Source: Leptolyngbyaceae cyanobacterium (lineage in GTDB: Bacteria; Cyanobacteriota; Cyanobacteriia; Phormidesmidales; Phormidesmidaceae). Taken from it: DNA of 64,000 nucleotides. The notes under the pieces are model-generated. The model had not been told where the DNA came from. It saw nothing but the letters and a program-made list of their open reading frames with translations, and ran no database searches. Shown here one piece after another: positions 11,043 to 20,504 of this stretch (position 1 is the stretch's first letter; every line of letters begins with the position of its first letter). Made by a program: the position numbers and the translations under genes. Location of the stretch: the NCBI GenBank assembly GCA_965263355.1, contig CBDHHL010000056.1, positions 960,001-1,024,000 on the forward strand. The letters run 5' to 3'.

Positions 11043-11239
11043 TCAAAGGGGTAAACCATGTCACCCTGGTGGCCTCAGATTTGGAGACGTCTTTTAACTT
11101 TTACAAAGATATCCTTGGCTGTCAGCCACTAGCACGTTGGCAACGAGGGGCCTATTTTCTGGTAGGTGATTTGTGGTTGTGTCATCGCTATATGGGTGAT
11201 TGGCGGTCTCGTCTGGCGGCTGTGAGGGTGGACCCGTAG
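11039..11239 (+). pseudogene. FosA-like VOC-family (fosfomycin resistance-type) gene with internal deletion
   Basis: N-terminus GVNHVTL..DL..S..FY..LG..ARW..GAY..GDLWLC is joined directly to a FosA-like C-terminus GDWRSRLAA; only 66 aa. Confidence 0.7.
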
Positions 11240-11340
11240 ACGATATGGAATTTTTTATTTGATTTTGTGGATGGGGGATTGGCTATGTTGTGATGTTGCG
11301 GATGGTTGGGGTATGGGATGTGGGGGGCGGGATCCTGGAT

Positions 11341-11372
11341 TGTTGGGTTTCGTTGCCTTCAACCCAACCTAC
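11341..11372 (-). repeat. GTAG-type REP / small dispersed repeat, flanked by heptamer-like runs
   Basis: Minus strand reads GTAGGTTGGGTTGAAGGCAACGAAACCCAACA (hairpin); a related GTAGGTTGGGTT starts at 48260. Confidence 0.6.
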
Positions 11373-11419
11373 GGTGTTTGTCTATTGTCTATCGTTTATT
11401 GTCGTCAACAACATCACGT

Positions 11420-12325
11420 ATGACCGCTTCTTTCCCTGCGTCTCCTCCCGCCTCCCCTGGTTCCCCCGAACCTGGCTTCAATTTTGCGTATCTGGATGAA
11501 CAGACTAAACGCTCTATTCGTCGTGCCCTACTTAAGGCTGTTGCTATCCCTGGGCATCAGATTCCGTTTAGCTCGCGGGAAATGCCGATGTCCTATGGTT
11601 GGGGGACTGGGGGCATTCAGGTGACAGCCTCGGTCATTGGTAAGGAAGATACCTTAAAGGTGATTGACCAGGGTGCCGATGATACGACCAATGCTGTGAA
11701 TATTCGGCGCTTTTTTAGGAAGGTATGTGGTGTAGCTACCACCGAGCGTACGGAAGAGGCTACATTAATTCAAACCCGTCATCGGATTCCTGAAATTCCC
11801 CTCAAAGAGGGACAGGTGTTTGTCTATCAGGTGCCTATGCCAGAGCCCCTGTATTTTATTGAGCCGTCTCAGACCGAGGCGAACAAGATGCATGCGTTGG
11901 AAGAATATGGGCCGATGTATGTGAAGCTTTATGAGGATATTACCAAATTTGGGCGGATTGCCCTGGCCTATGACTATCCGGTCATGGTGAATGAGCGCCA
12001 CTTGATGAATCCTAGCCCAATTCCCCGGTTTGATAATCCAAAAATGGATATGAATCCGGCGCTACAACTATTTGGGGCGGGAAGAGCAAAACGGATCTAT
12101 GCCATACCACCCTACACCAAGGTAAAAAGCCTGGACTTTGAGGATCATCCATTCTCTGTGGAGCACTGGGAACAGCCCTGTGAGTTTTGTGGGGCAACGG
12201 ATAGTTATTTAGATGAAGTTGTTATTGATGACCAGGGTGGTCGCATGTGGATTTGTTCGGATACGGACTATTGTGAACGACGTCAGCGGGAACAACGGGG
12301 CAGTGCACAAAAACTCGGGCAATAG
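11420..12325 (+). CDS. phnJ: Radical SAM C-P lyase PhnJ
   Basis: FAYLDEQTKR, GWGTGG and C..C...CSDTDYC; likely start ATG 11420. Confidence 0.96.
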   Translation: MTASFPASPPASPGSPEPGFNFAYLDEQTKRSIRRALLKAVAIPGHQIPFSSREMPMSYGWGTGGIQVTASVIGKEDTLKVIDQGADDTTNAVNIRRFFRKVCGVATTERTEEATLIQTRHRIPEIPLKEGQVFVYQVPMPEPLYFIEPSQTEANKMHALEEYGPMYVKLYEDITKFGRIALAYDYPVMVNERHLMNPSPIPRFDNPKMDMNPALQLFGAGRAKRIYAIPPYTKVKSLDFEDHPFSVEHWEQPCEFCGATDSYLDEVVIDDQGGRMWICSDTDYCERRQREQRGSAQKLGQ

Positions 12326-12337
12326 GAGGAATACACC

Positions 12338-13108
12338 ATGCAGCCACTATTAACGGTCAATAACTTAAGCAAGTATTATGGTGATTTGTGCGCGTGCGAT
12401 CGCATCTCCTTTACCCTTTACCCTGGGCAAGTTCTCGGCATCATCGGCGAGTCGGGTTCTGGCAAAAGTACCCTGCTCGATAGCATTGCCGGTCATGTAC
12501 CCTTGGAAGAGGGAGAGATCACCTATTGTAATCGAGACAACAACCTAATCAATCTACGCACCCTGCCTGAACCCCGACGACGTCAGCTCATGAAAACCGA
12601 ATGGGGATTTGTCCGGCAAAACCCACGGGATGGGCTACGGATGAGAGTCACCGCTGGAGCCAACATTGGTGAACGGCTCTTGGATATTGGTCAACGCCAC
12701 TATGGCAACATTCGCACCGACGCCCTCCAATGGCTTAGAGAAGTCGAAATTCCGGCTGACCGAATCGATAATTTTCCTAGCACTTTTTCCGGTGGCATGC
12801 AACAGCGGTTACAATTAGCCCGTATCCTCGTCACTCGCCCCCGCATTGTACTGATGGACGAGCCCACTGGCGGTCTAGATGTCTCGGTCCAGGCCAGACT
12901 GTTAGACCTGCTGCGTTCCCTGGTACGCACCCTCAACCTCAGCGTAATTTTGGTCACCCATGATATTGGAGTCGTACGGCTATTGGCCCATCGGCTAATG
13001 GTGATGCAAAACGGTCAGGTCGTGGAAACCGGCCTCACCGACCAAGTATTGGATGATCCCCATCATCCGTATACTCAACAGCTTGTAAATGCCACGTTAG
13101 TTCCTTAG
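12338..13108 (+). CDS. phnK: C-P lyase ATP-binding protein PhnK
   Basis: GESGSGKS, FSGGMQQRLQ and LDDPHHPYTQ. Confidence 0.95.
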   Translation: MQPLLTVNNLSKYYGDLCACDRISFTLYPGQVLGIIGESGSGKSTLLDSIAGHVPLEEGEITYCNRDNNLINLRTLPEPRRRQLMKTEWGFVRQNPRDGLRMRVTAGANIGERLLDIGQRHYGNIRTDALQWLREVEIPADRIDNFPSTFSGGMQQRLQLARILVTRPRIVLMDEPTGGLDVSVQARLLDLLRSLVRTLNLSVILVTHDIGVVRLLAHRLMVMQNGQVVETGLTDQVLDDPHHPYTQQLVNATLVP

Positions 13109-13128
13109 TTAAACAAGCAGATTACTCC

Positions 13129-13350
13129 ATGCTTAAGCAAGCCATTAACAAATTCTGTCCCCGCTCCGGTAAATATGTTCGAGACGATGCATTAACAACC
13201 TATAGAAGTCATACAGTCGGTTTTTGTAATCCCCAATGCTGTCAAGACTTTGCCGCGAATCCAGACGCCCATTCCAGCGATCGGGCCTATTTTGACACGT
13301 TGCTTAAGGAATATGAACTGGCAACAGAAGTAGATGAATCACACCAATGA
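13129..13350 (+). CDS. Small YHS-like Cys-containing protein
   Basis: CPRSGK...VGFCNPQC..DFA.NP pattern resembles YHS/TRASH-like metal-binding domains. Confidence 0.55.
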   Translation: MLKQAINKFCPRSGKYVRDDALTTYRSHTVGFCNPQCCQDFAANPDAHSSDRAYFDTLLKEYELATEVDESHQ

Positions 13351-14078
13351 ATACAGTACAACTCTCATCCCCACCCACAACTCCCAAAAACACTACTGCC
13401 TTACTCCAGGCAGAACAACTCTACAAAAGCTTTATTCTTCACCATCAGGGTGGTATCCAACTGCCCGTTCTCACAGGTGTTTCCCTCGCCGTTGCCCCTG
13501 GCGAATGCGTGGCTCTCCAGGGACCATCCGGTTCGGGTAAGTCTACCTTTATGCGGTCCCTATATGCCAACTATCGGGTCGATAGCGGCGCTATCTGGGT
13601 AAAGCACCAGGGTACATGGGTTGATCTACCCCAGCTGGAAGCCCACCAACTGATTGAGGTGCGCCAGTATACCCTGGGATATGTCAGTCAGTTTCTGCGG
13701 GTCATCCCTCGGGTACCAGCGGTAGAAGTAGCGGCAGAACCACTGATAGAACTAGGGACTGATGCAGACACCGCCCAGGCTAAAGTGTGTGGACTCTTCT
13801 CTCGGCTTAACCTGCCAGAGCGACTGTGGGAACTGTCACCGACCACCTTTTCTGGAGGAGAAAAGCAGCGAGTGAATATTGCCCGTGCGTTTGCCGTAGA
13901 CTATCCCATTTTGCTTTTAGATGAACCTACATCTGCCCTAGACGTTGCTAACCGCGAAGTCGTGATGCAGCTGATCGAAGAACGTAAGGCTCAAGGCTGT
14001 GCCATGGTTGGTATTTTCCATGATGACGAAGTGAGAGAACGGGTATGCGATCGCACCCTCAACTTTGGACAAGCCTAA
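13347..14078 (+). CDS. phnL: C-P lyase system protein PhnL
   Basis: YVSQFLRVIPRV and PTTFSGGEKQRVNIAR. Confidence 0.95.
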   Translation: MNTVQLSSPPTTPKNTTALLQAEQLYKSFILHHQGGIQLPVLTGVSLAVAPGECVALQGPSGSGKSTFMRSLYANYRVDSGAIWVKHQGTWVDLPQLEAHQLIEVRQYTLGYVSQFLRVIPRVPAVEVAAEPLIELGTDADTAQAKVCGLFSRLNLPERLWELSPTTFSGGEKQRVNIARAFAVDYPILLLDEPTSALDVANREVVMQLIEERKAQGCAMVGIFHDDEVRERVCDRTLNFGQA

Positions 14079-14299
14079 GCGTCTTTCAAATTTTTAGCTT
14101 GTCTGAGCCGTTAAAATCGCTACCAAAATACTCATTAGCAGTTCTACATCTGCAGGTACCCGATATAGCTCCAGATCTTGAGATTTTTTTTACTTAAATC
14201 ACATCGCAAAGGACACCATAAGTTTTAACTTGGCCGTGGTTGAATCAGAAAAATAACAGGACTCCGGCAGTTCAATTGTTTGAGCCATTCTTTTATCTC

Positions 14300-14329
14300 C
14301 TAAACCTAACGATAACGTTAACTTAACCT
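14300..14329 (+). promoter_or_regulatory. Candidate Pho box (SphR site) upstream of phnM
   Basis: CTAAACCT / GATAACGT / CTTAACCT at 11-bp periodicity, matching the cyanobacterial CTTAACCT-type Pho box. Confidence 0.6.
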
Positions 14330-14349
14330 TGATTGGATATTAGTTAGGG

Positions 14350-14361
14350 ATGTCTAGACGT
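14350..14361. promoter_or_regulatory. ATGTCTAGACGT, second candidate PhnF operator
   Basis: Same TGTCTAGAC core as 8715-8724, upstream of phnM. Confidence 0.55.
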
Positions 14362-14421
14362 TTTTGCGATATCTAATCGGTAGAGAAGCCCGTTTTAGCC
14401 CCATAGCCTCCCCACACGCCC

Positions 14422-15558
14422 ATGACTGAAACCATCTACACCAATTATCGCTTGCAACTCCCTGACCAGGAAGTGCTAGGCACCCTAGTCGTTGAGGATG
14501 GCCTGATTGCCGATATTCAGCCAGAAACGGTCCACCAGGGGCAAAATGGCAACGGCGACTATCTGCTGCCAGGGCTGATTGAGCTACACACCGATAATCT
14601 AGAACGGTGTATGTCGCCTCGGCCAAAAGTAAACTGGCCTCTGGATGTGGCTGCCGTCAATCACGATCGAGATTTAGCGGGGGCTGGTATCACCACGGTT
14701 TGTGACGCCATTTCCATTGGCGATATTACCCCTGGTTCTCTGCGCATGACCCAGTTTGGGCCGATGATCGATACCATTTATAACGGCCAAAACCAGGGGC
14801 GGTTTGCGGTGGACCATCGCCTACACCTGCGTTGTGAGTTGGGCTACAACCAGGTGTATGACCTGGTAGAAACCTATGCTGACCATCCGCTGCTGTCGTT
14901 AATGTCCTTGATGGATCATACGCCAGGTCAACGACAGTTTGTAAAAATTGACAAGTATAAAGAATATTATCAGGGCAAACATGGCGTGAGTGCGGAGGAA
15001 ATGGAGGGCTTTATTCGCGATCGCATCGAAGCCCAGCAGCTCCATGCCGTGGACAATCGCCGTAGGCTAGTAGAATTAGCTCAGCAGCGCGATATTTGTT
15101 TGGCCAGCCATGACGATGCCACTCCAGAGCATGTCCAAGAGGCGGTGGCAGATGGTGCGGCCATTGCCGAATTTCCCACCACCCTGGATGCGGCCAAAGA
15201 AGCCCACAGTCATGGTTTACAGGTGCTGATGGGGGCCCCTAACTTAATCCTGGGGGGCTCCCATTCTGGCAATGTGTCAGCCATGGATTTAGTCGAGCGA
15301 GAGTTAGCCGATATTATCTCCTCAGACTATGTACCCCAAAGTTTAGTTCAAGCGATATTCCTTATTGCGGAGCAGGTCCAGCTACCGCTCCACAAAGCTA
15401 TGCGTTTGTTTACCTTAAATCCAGCTAAGGCGATTGGTTTAGATTGCGATCGCGGCAGTCTGGAAGTGGGTAAACGAGCTGACATGATTACCTTGCACCA
15501 CGACGGTGTAGTACCTCGGCTCACTTCTGTTGTTAGCCAGGGCAAACGCATTGCATAG
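14422..15558 (+). CDS. phnM: RPnTP diphosphatase PhnM
   Basis: PGLIELHTDNLE, MDHTPGQRQF, ASHDD and SSDYVP. Confidence 0.95.
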   Translation: MTETIYTNYRLQLPDQEVLGTLVVEDGLIADIQPETVHQGQNGNGDYLLPGLIELHTDNLERCMSPRPKVNWPLDVAAVNHDRDLAGAGITTVCDAISIGDITPGSLRMTQFGPMIDTIYNGQNQGRFAVDHRLHLRCELGYNQVYDLVETYADHPLLSLMSLMDHTPGQRQFVKIDKYKEYYQGKHGVSAEEMEGFIRDRIEAQQLHAVDNRRRLVELAQQRDICLASHDDATPEHVQEAVADGAAIAEFPTTLDAAKEAHSHGLQVLMGAPNLILGGSHSGNVSAMDLVERELADIISSDYVPQSLVQAIFLIAEQVQLPLHKAMRLFTLNPAKAIGLDCDRGSLEVGKRADMITLHHDGVVPRLTSVVSQGKRIA

Positions 15559-15649
15559 GTGTAAGGGAATTAGGGGGGAGTGAGAGAAGTTCCTCACCGA
15601 AACTTATTTGCTTCTCTCCCCCCTTTTCTTCGTGGCCTCGTGTAATTAG

Positions 15650-16828
15650 ATGACCAACAACATCATGACGCCCATTTCTTCAACGAAGCTCGCGTTTCAC
15701 GGAGCCCAGGTGCTCACGCCAGATGGCTGGCTAGAGGACAGTACCGTTCTGGTCGAAGACGGTAAATTTATTGCAGTTGATCAAACTACTATCCCTGATG
15801 GTTATACCGAAGTAGATAGCTCTGATCTTCAGCTATTACCTGGTCTCATTGATATTCATGGAGATGCGTTTGAGCGCATGATTGCGCCACGACCCAGTAT
15901 ATCCATGCCCTTAGATATGGCCCTGGTCGAAAATGATCAGGCCTTACTCGCTGCGGGTATCACCACATTTTTCTATTCCATTACCGATTCGTTTGAGCCA
16001 GGGTTACGCAGTCGAGCCACAGCCCGACAACTAATTGAAAAGATTACGGCCCCTGACAATTATCTCCAAACAGATAGCCGCATTCATATCCGTCATGAAC
16101 AAGCCAATACCGCCGATTATGACGAGCTATGTCACTGGTTAGACTCGCGTCAGGTAACCTTACTATCCCTCAATAATCACTTACCTGACACCCTTGAAGA
16201 ATCCAAAATTCAACGTTATGCCAGCAGTGTACGCCAACGCATTAAACAGTCTGACCAGGACATTCGCACCCTGGTAGAAACAGCCTTTACTCAATTAGAC
16301 AAAGGCTTAACTCAAACAGAAGAGCTGGTAATGCGCTGCCATCAGCTCGGTATACCGGTTGCTTCCCATGATGATGAGACCGAGGCTGATGTTGCCAAGA
16401 GTCGAGAAAGGGGTGTTGCGATCGCAGAATTTCCCGCCGCTATTCCCCTGGCCAAACAATCCCGAGCCTATGGTGCTGCCGTCCTTATGGGAGCCCCTAA
16501 CCTGGTGCGAGGAGGGTCTCACGTCGGCTACATGGGTGTGGCCGAAGCTGCCCATGCCCAAGTGCTCGACTGCCTGTGTTCCGACTACCATTATCCGTCG
16601 TTATTCCATGCCCCTTTCTTGCTAGCCGAGAAAAATTTAATGTCCTTTGAACAAGCCTGGAAATGCGTTTCTCAATACCCAGCCGAAGCCGCCAAAATCG
16701 GAGACCAAAAAGGAAAAGTCGCACCCGGCCACGACGCCGATTTTCTCTTGTTAACCCCCGACTGTCCCTTACCCAGTGCCATCCGAGCTGTGTACATCAA
16801 CGGCAACCTCGTTAAGCAATCCAGATAA
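15650..16828 (+). CDS. phnM: Second PhnM-like amidohydrolase
   Basis: PGLIDIHGDAFER, ASHDD, MGAPNLVRGGSH and CSDYHYP. Confidence 0.88.
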   Translation: MTNNIMTPISSTKLAFHGAQVLTPDGWLEDSTVLVEDGKFIAVDQTTIPDGYTEVDSSDLQLLPGLIDIHGDAFERMIAPRPSISMPLDMALVENDQALLAAGITTFFYSITDSFEPGLRSRATARQLIEKITAPDNYLQTDSRIHIRHEQANTADYDELCHWLDSRQVTLLSLNNHLPDTLEESKIQRYASSVRQRIKQSDQDIRTLVETAFTQLDKGLTQTEELVMRCHQLGIPVASHDDETEADVAKSRERGVAIAEFPAAIPLAKQSRAYGAAVLMGAPNLVRGGSHVGYMGVAEAAHAQVLDCLCSDYHYPSLFHAPFLLAEKNLMSFEQAWKCVSQYPAEAAKIGDQKGKVAPGHDADFLLLTPDCPLPSAIRAVYINGNLVKQSR

Positions 16829-16879
16829 TCTATGTACAGACGTTCCATGGAACGTCTCCACACCCTACTCCTAATTCCC

Positions 16880-17437
16880 ATGACTGTAACCCTAACTCAA
16901 ATTCTCGATCTCTACCGCCACCGGGGGCAGGCCCAATATGGTGGTGAAGCCGTTAGCCAACTGGAACACGCCCTCCAGTGCGCCACCCTGGCCGAAGACA
17001 ATGGCGAATCGCCGGAATTAATTGCCGCTTGTTTACTCCATGATTTAGGTCACTTAGTGCACCATCTCGGTGATGACCCTGCTATACGTGGCATCGATGA
17101 TCGCCATGAATATCGGGCCGTTCCTGTCTTAGAAACACTGTTTCCAGAAGCGGTTACCACCCCAATTCGTTTACATGTGGCCGCCAAGCGCTATCTTTGT
17201 GCAGTGGATAAAGACTACTGGAGTTCACTCTCGCCAGCCTCTAAGCTAAGCCTGGAACTCCAGGGAGGCATATTCTCAAAGCCGATGGCAGACAAATTTA
17301 TCGATCAGCCCAATGCGCCCCAGGCCGTTAAGCTGCGTCGTTGGGATGACCTGGCCAAGATCGAAAAGCTAAAAACGCCTGACTTAGATCATTTTCAACC
17401 CATTCTCAAAGTCGCTTGTCGGGTACCCGTAGCATGA
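16880..17437 (+). CDS. phnZ: HD-domain phosphonate oxygenase (PhnZ-like)
   Basis: YGGEAVSQLEHALQCA, LLHDLGH, HVAAKRYL, SLELQGG and LRRWDD.AK. Confidence 0.85.
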   Translation: MTVTLTQILDLYRHRGQAQYGGEAVSQLEHALQCATLAEDNGESPELIAACLLHDLGHLVHHLGDDPAIRGIDDRHEYRAVPVLETLFPEAVTTPIRLHVAAKRYLCAVDKDYWSSLSPASKLSLELQGGIFSKPMADKFIDQPNAPQAVKLRRWDDLAKIEKLKTPDLDHFQPILKVACRVPVA

Positions 17438-18264
17438 CTTTTATCGCCCAAATTAGTGACCTGCATGTCCAATTGCCCGGCAAACTCGCCTATGGCATCG
17501 TAGACACTAACCCTTTAGTCGCTGAAGCCATCGCTAGACTGAGCAGACTCAACCCTCAGCCAGATGTAGTAGTCGCATCTGGCGATCTGATTCAAGACGG
17601 TACTGTGGAGGAATATGAACTGCTAAAAGTCATGCTCTCGCCGCTACAGTGCCCTGTTTATTTAATGCCTGGCAACCATGATGATCGGGATAATCTACGA
17701 CAGGTATTTGACACTCACACCTATCTCTTTAGGGAGCGTTCTCATATCAGTTACGTTGTAGACGGCTATCCCGTTCGTATGGTTATGCTCGATAGCATCA
17801 TTCCAGGACAAGGTGGGGGCCGTATTGATGCAGAGCGTTTGGCCTGGTTAGAACAACAACTTTTAGCAGCCCCCAAAACCCCCACACTGATATTTATTCA
17901 CCATCCGCCCTTTGCCACTGGTATACCCTGGATAGACCGCAAACGGTTTCACGGTCATGGGGCACTGGCGGAGTTAATTAGCCAACATCCCCAGGTAAAG
18001 CGTATTAGCTGTGGTCACTTGCACCGTACTATTTACTGTCCCTGGGCTGGTACGGTGGCCAGTAGTCAGCCTAGCTTGGTCCACCAGAGTGCCGTAGATT
18101 TTAACCCTGACAGTTCTAGCCAGTTTGTGATGGAGCCACCAGCCTACCAACTCCATGTGTGGACCCATGAAAATTTGGTCTCTCACACCATGTATGTTGG
18201 TCAGTTTGATGGCCCCTATCGTTTTTCCAATGGCAAACTGATTGCCACAGCTGCGTTAGGTTAG
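17434..18264 (+). CDS. Calcineurin-like metallophosphodiesterase (CpdA/GpdQ-like)
   Basis: ISDLH, SGDL, PGNHD, HHPP and GHLH. Confidence 0.88.
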   Translation: MTFIAQISDLHVQLPGKLAYGIVDTNPLVAEAIARLSRLNPQPDVVVASGDLIQDGTVEEYELLKVMLSPLQCPVYLMPGNHDDRDNLRQVFDTHTYLFRERSHISYVVDGYPVRMVMLDSIIPGQGGGRIDAERLAWLEQQLLAAPKTPTLIFIHHPPFATGIPWIDRKRFHGHGALAELISQHPQVKRISCGHLHRTIYCPWAGTVASSQPSLVHQSAVDFNPDSSSQFVMEPPAYQLHVWTHENLVSHTMYVGQFDGPYRFSNGKLIATAALG

Positions 18265-18918
18265 TTCTCTAACAATAGCCAACACATCCTGGGGTTCAGC
18301 TCGCTGGGTATAGTCTGCTTCGGCAAAGGCATAGCGAATGCGCCTGGATTGATCAATCACATAGGTAGCGGGCATGGGTAGCTCGTAGCTATCATCGCCA
18401 TTGTTAGCCGGGATATCAATGCCAAAGTTCTTGTAAATGGGCTGCAGAGACTTATCCAGGATAAAGACCAGACCATACTGGCGAGAGACTTGGTTACCCA
18501 CATCGCTGAGAACAGCAAATTCCAGGTTATGCTTCTCAGTCACACTGAGGGAATGGTCCGGCAGCTCTGGAGAAATGGCGACCAAGGTGGCACCGGCTTG
18601 CTTAAATTCAGGCAGTAGGCTCTGAAATGCCCGCAGTTCCAAATTACAATAGGGACACCATTCGCCTCGATAGAAGTTAATGATAACGGGGCCTTCTTTA
18701 AGCAATTCACTAAGACGTACGGACTTACCCGTAGCATCGGGCAGTTCAAAATCTGGCGCAATATCACCTACGGTGAGGGCCTGATTAGCAATACCTGATG
18801 CTTCCAGGGCATCTGTTGCTGCTGCCATTGTATCCTGAATGCCTTGGGGCACCTGTTGCTGGAACCCAGCACGAAATTCTGCAAGGTCATCGGCCAGGGA
18901 ATGAGTCGTTGTAGTCAT
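18256..18918 (-). CDS. Peroxiredoxin-like protein (AhpC/TSA family)
   Basis: APDFELPD and FYRGEWCPYCN. Confidence 0.9.
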   Translation of the reverse strand: MTTTTHSLADDLAEFRAGFQQQVPQGIQDTMAAATDALEASGIANQALTVGDIAPDFELPDATGKSVRLSELLKEGPVIINFYRGEWCPYCNLELRAFQSLLPEFKQAGATLVAISPELPDHSLSVTEKHNLEFAVLSDVGNQVSRQYGLVFILDKSLQPIYKNFGIDIPANNGDDSYELPMPATYVIDQSRRIRYAFAEADYTQRAEPQDVLAIVRELT

Positions 18919-19225
18919 GGAATATGCCTCTGGGGGATTAGCTTTGTTCGAGATTTTAGAACTAGCTTATTGACCAAAGATGAGAGCCCGCTGAGAAATG
19001 TCAATTAATCCCACTATTGGTCCGTCCAGCCTAAGATTTTGGCTTGGGTATGTAAAGAGTCAAGAGTTTAACGGCTAGCATAGTGAGTTCATTCTGCGGC
19101 CATAGCCGCATTGATGTTGGTATGAAAGATAATGCTCAGATTCAGCTTGAGAATAAAACCTAAAGTATCTGGGCGCGGCGATCAAAAATCACTAGCCAGC
19201 CATGGAAATCCACGCTAAATTTGTT

Positions 19226-19410
19226 TTATGTGTCATCTTGCAACAAAGATTTGGCCTGAACAACAAATTGAGTCGCCAGCTCAAGTGCTTGTTTAGCTGA
19301 GGGCTCGGTAACATGAGCGGTCTCACCATAGTCTTTTAGCCAACGTAGTGACCTGAAGAGCGGCATCTGAATCTTTCTAAGTTGGCTTGAATTTCATCGG
19401 GATAGTTCAC
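19226..19410 (-). pseudogene. HEPN-domain gene remnant (internal deletion)
   Basis: Start MNYPDEIQANLER overlaps the MNT stop; an out-of-frame C-terminal DYGETAHVT..AKQALELATQFV..AKSLL resembles HEPN ends; the middle is missing. Confidence 0.6.
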
Positions 19411-19763
19411 AGTTTTATCCCTTCTCGATGAATGTTTCGGTATAGCTGATTAGTCCCGGCCATAAATTTATCGGTTTCGGCTGGGCTGGCGGAAATCCAG
19501 TGACTGGCCTCTAGCTGCAGGGGATACAGTAGGTCCACAATGGTTCTAAGCTCCTGGCCATAGTCAAAGGGACCGGGCAGTACAACCAGTAAGTCAAGAT
19601 CACTGTTGGGGGTAAGTTCTTGTCTAGCAGCGGAACCGTAGAGAATTAGTTCGTTAAGACGCTGTTGATAATGCTGCTCAAGAATTTCTTTGCATCGCCT
19701 TACGACTTCTTGAATTTCTGAGGGTAAAGGGTTAATACCTTCTGCCATATCATTTTGGTTCAT
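19407..19763 (-). CDS. Minimal nucleotidyltransferase (MNT)
   Basis: LYGSAAR...SDLDLLVV. Confidence 0.88.
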   Translation of the reverse strand: MNQNDMAEGINPLPSEIQEVVRRCKEILEQHYQQRLNELILYGSAARQELTPNSDLDLLVVLPGPFDYGQELRTIVDLLYPLQLEASHWISASPAETDKFMAGTNQLYRNIHREGIKL

Positions 19764-19849
19764 GAAATTGACAAGAACTCAATTTTGCAAGTGGATTGAA
19801 AGGGCTAAACGTCTACAAATACTATAAGCGGGCAGCTTTCTATAGTTTA

Positions 19850-20146
19850 CTAACGAGGTAAATATTTCACCAAAGCCCGCATGGATTCGTGGGGTTGGGG
19901 CTGGATGGGGCGATCGGTGGGTAGGAATTGGGTCCATTCAAAAGGTTCGGCGAAGTGGAGATGGTGGAGGCTGTGGATGATGGTGTTGACGGCGGTCTGG
20001 GAACCGATAATAAGGATTTTGACGGGTTCGCGATCGTGCTTGGGAACTGAATAGAGCCGAAGGGCTGTTTCAGGGGAAATAGCAGGATTAGGCAAGGCTA
20101 TAAAGCTTTGGAGTTGCATAGTTAACATGTATACCCAATGGTTCAC
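19850..20146 (-). CDS. Conserved cyanobacterial hypothetical protein
   Basis: REPVKILIIGS..AV..IH.LH...FAEP.EW pattern; divergent from an XRE gene. Confidence 0.55.
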   Translation of the reverse strand: MNHWVYMLTMQLQSFIALPNPAISPETALRLYSVPKHDREPVKILIIGSQTAVNTIIHSLHHLHFAEPFEWTQFLPTDRPIQPQPHESMRALVKYLPR

Positions 20147-20230
20147 GCTTTTAATTTAGTTGCCCATTGGGTATACGTCAACTAGTTGGTATACTTTTGT
20201 GGTGGATGATCCTCTGACACGATGTGTGTC

Positions 20231-20470
20231 ATGGGAAAAGCTGGACGCGTTTTGAAGCAGGTTCTGGAAACCTACGATATTAGTCAATACAGCCTCGCTG
20301 CCACGTTGGGTATCGAGCGGACTAATGTGTATCGTTGGGTGCACGAGAGGCGGGATCCGACGTCTGAGACGTTGGTGGATATTGTTAAGGCGTTACGGAC
20401 ACTTAACTCAGAGGCAGCTGAGATATTTGTGCAGAAGTATTTAGGGGATGTGGCCCAAGGATTGGACTAA
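20231..20470 (+). CDS. XRE-family HTH regulator
   Basis: ISQYSLAATLGIERTNVYRWVHERRDP. Confidence 0.85.
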   Translation: MGKAGRVLKQVLETYDISQYSLAATLGIERTNVYRWVHERRDPTSETLVDIVKALRTLNSEAAEIFVQKYLGDVAQGLD

Positions 20471-20504
20471 ATTTCAACAGATAGGTAAGTTTGGAAAGAA
20501 TCTC

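Noticed and set aside
14094..14288. Minus-strand mini-ORF with AGGAG SD between phnL and phnM
   Set aside because: It stops after 29 codons and has no recognisable homology
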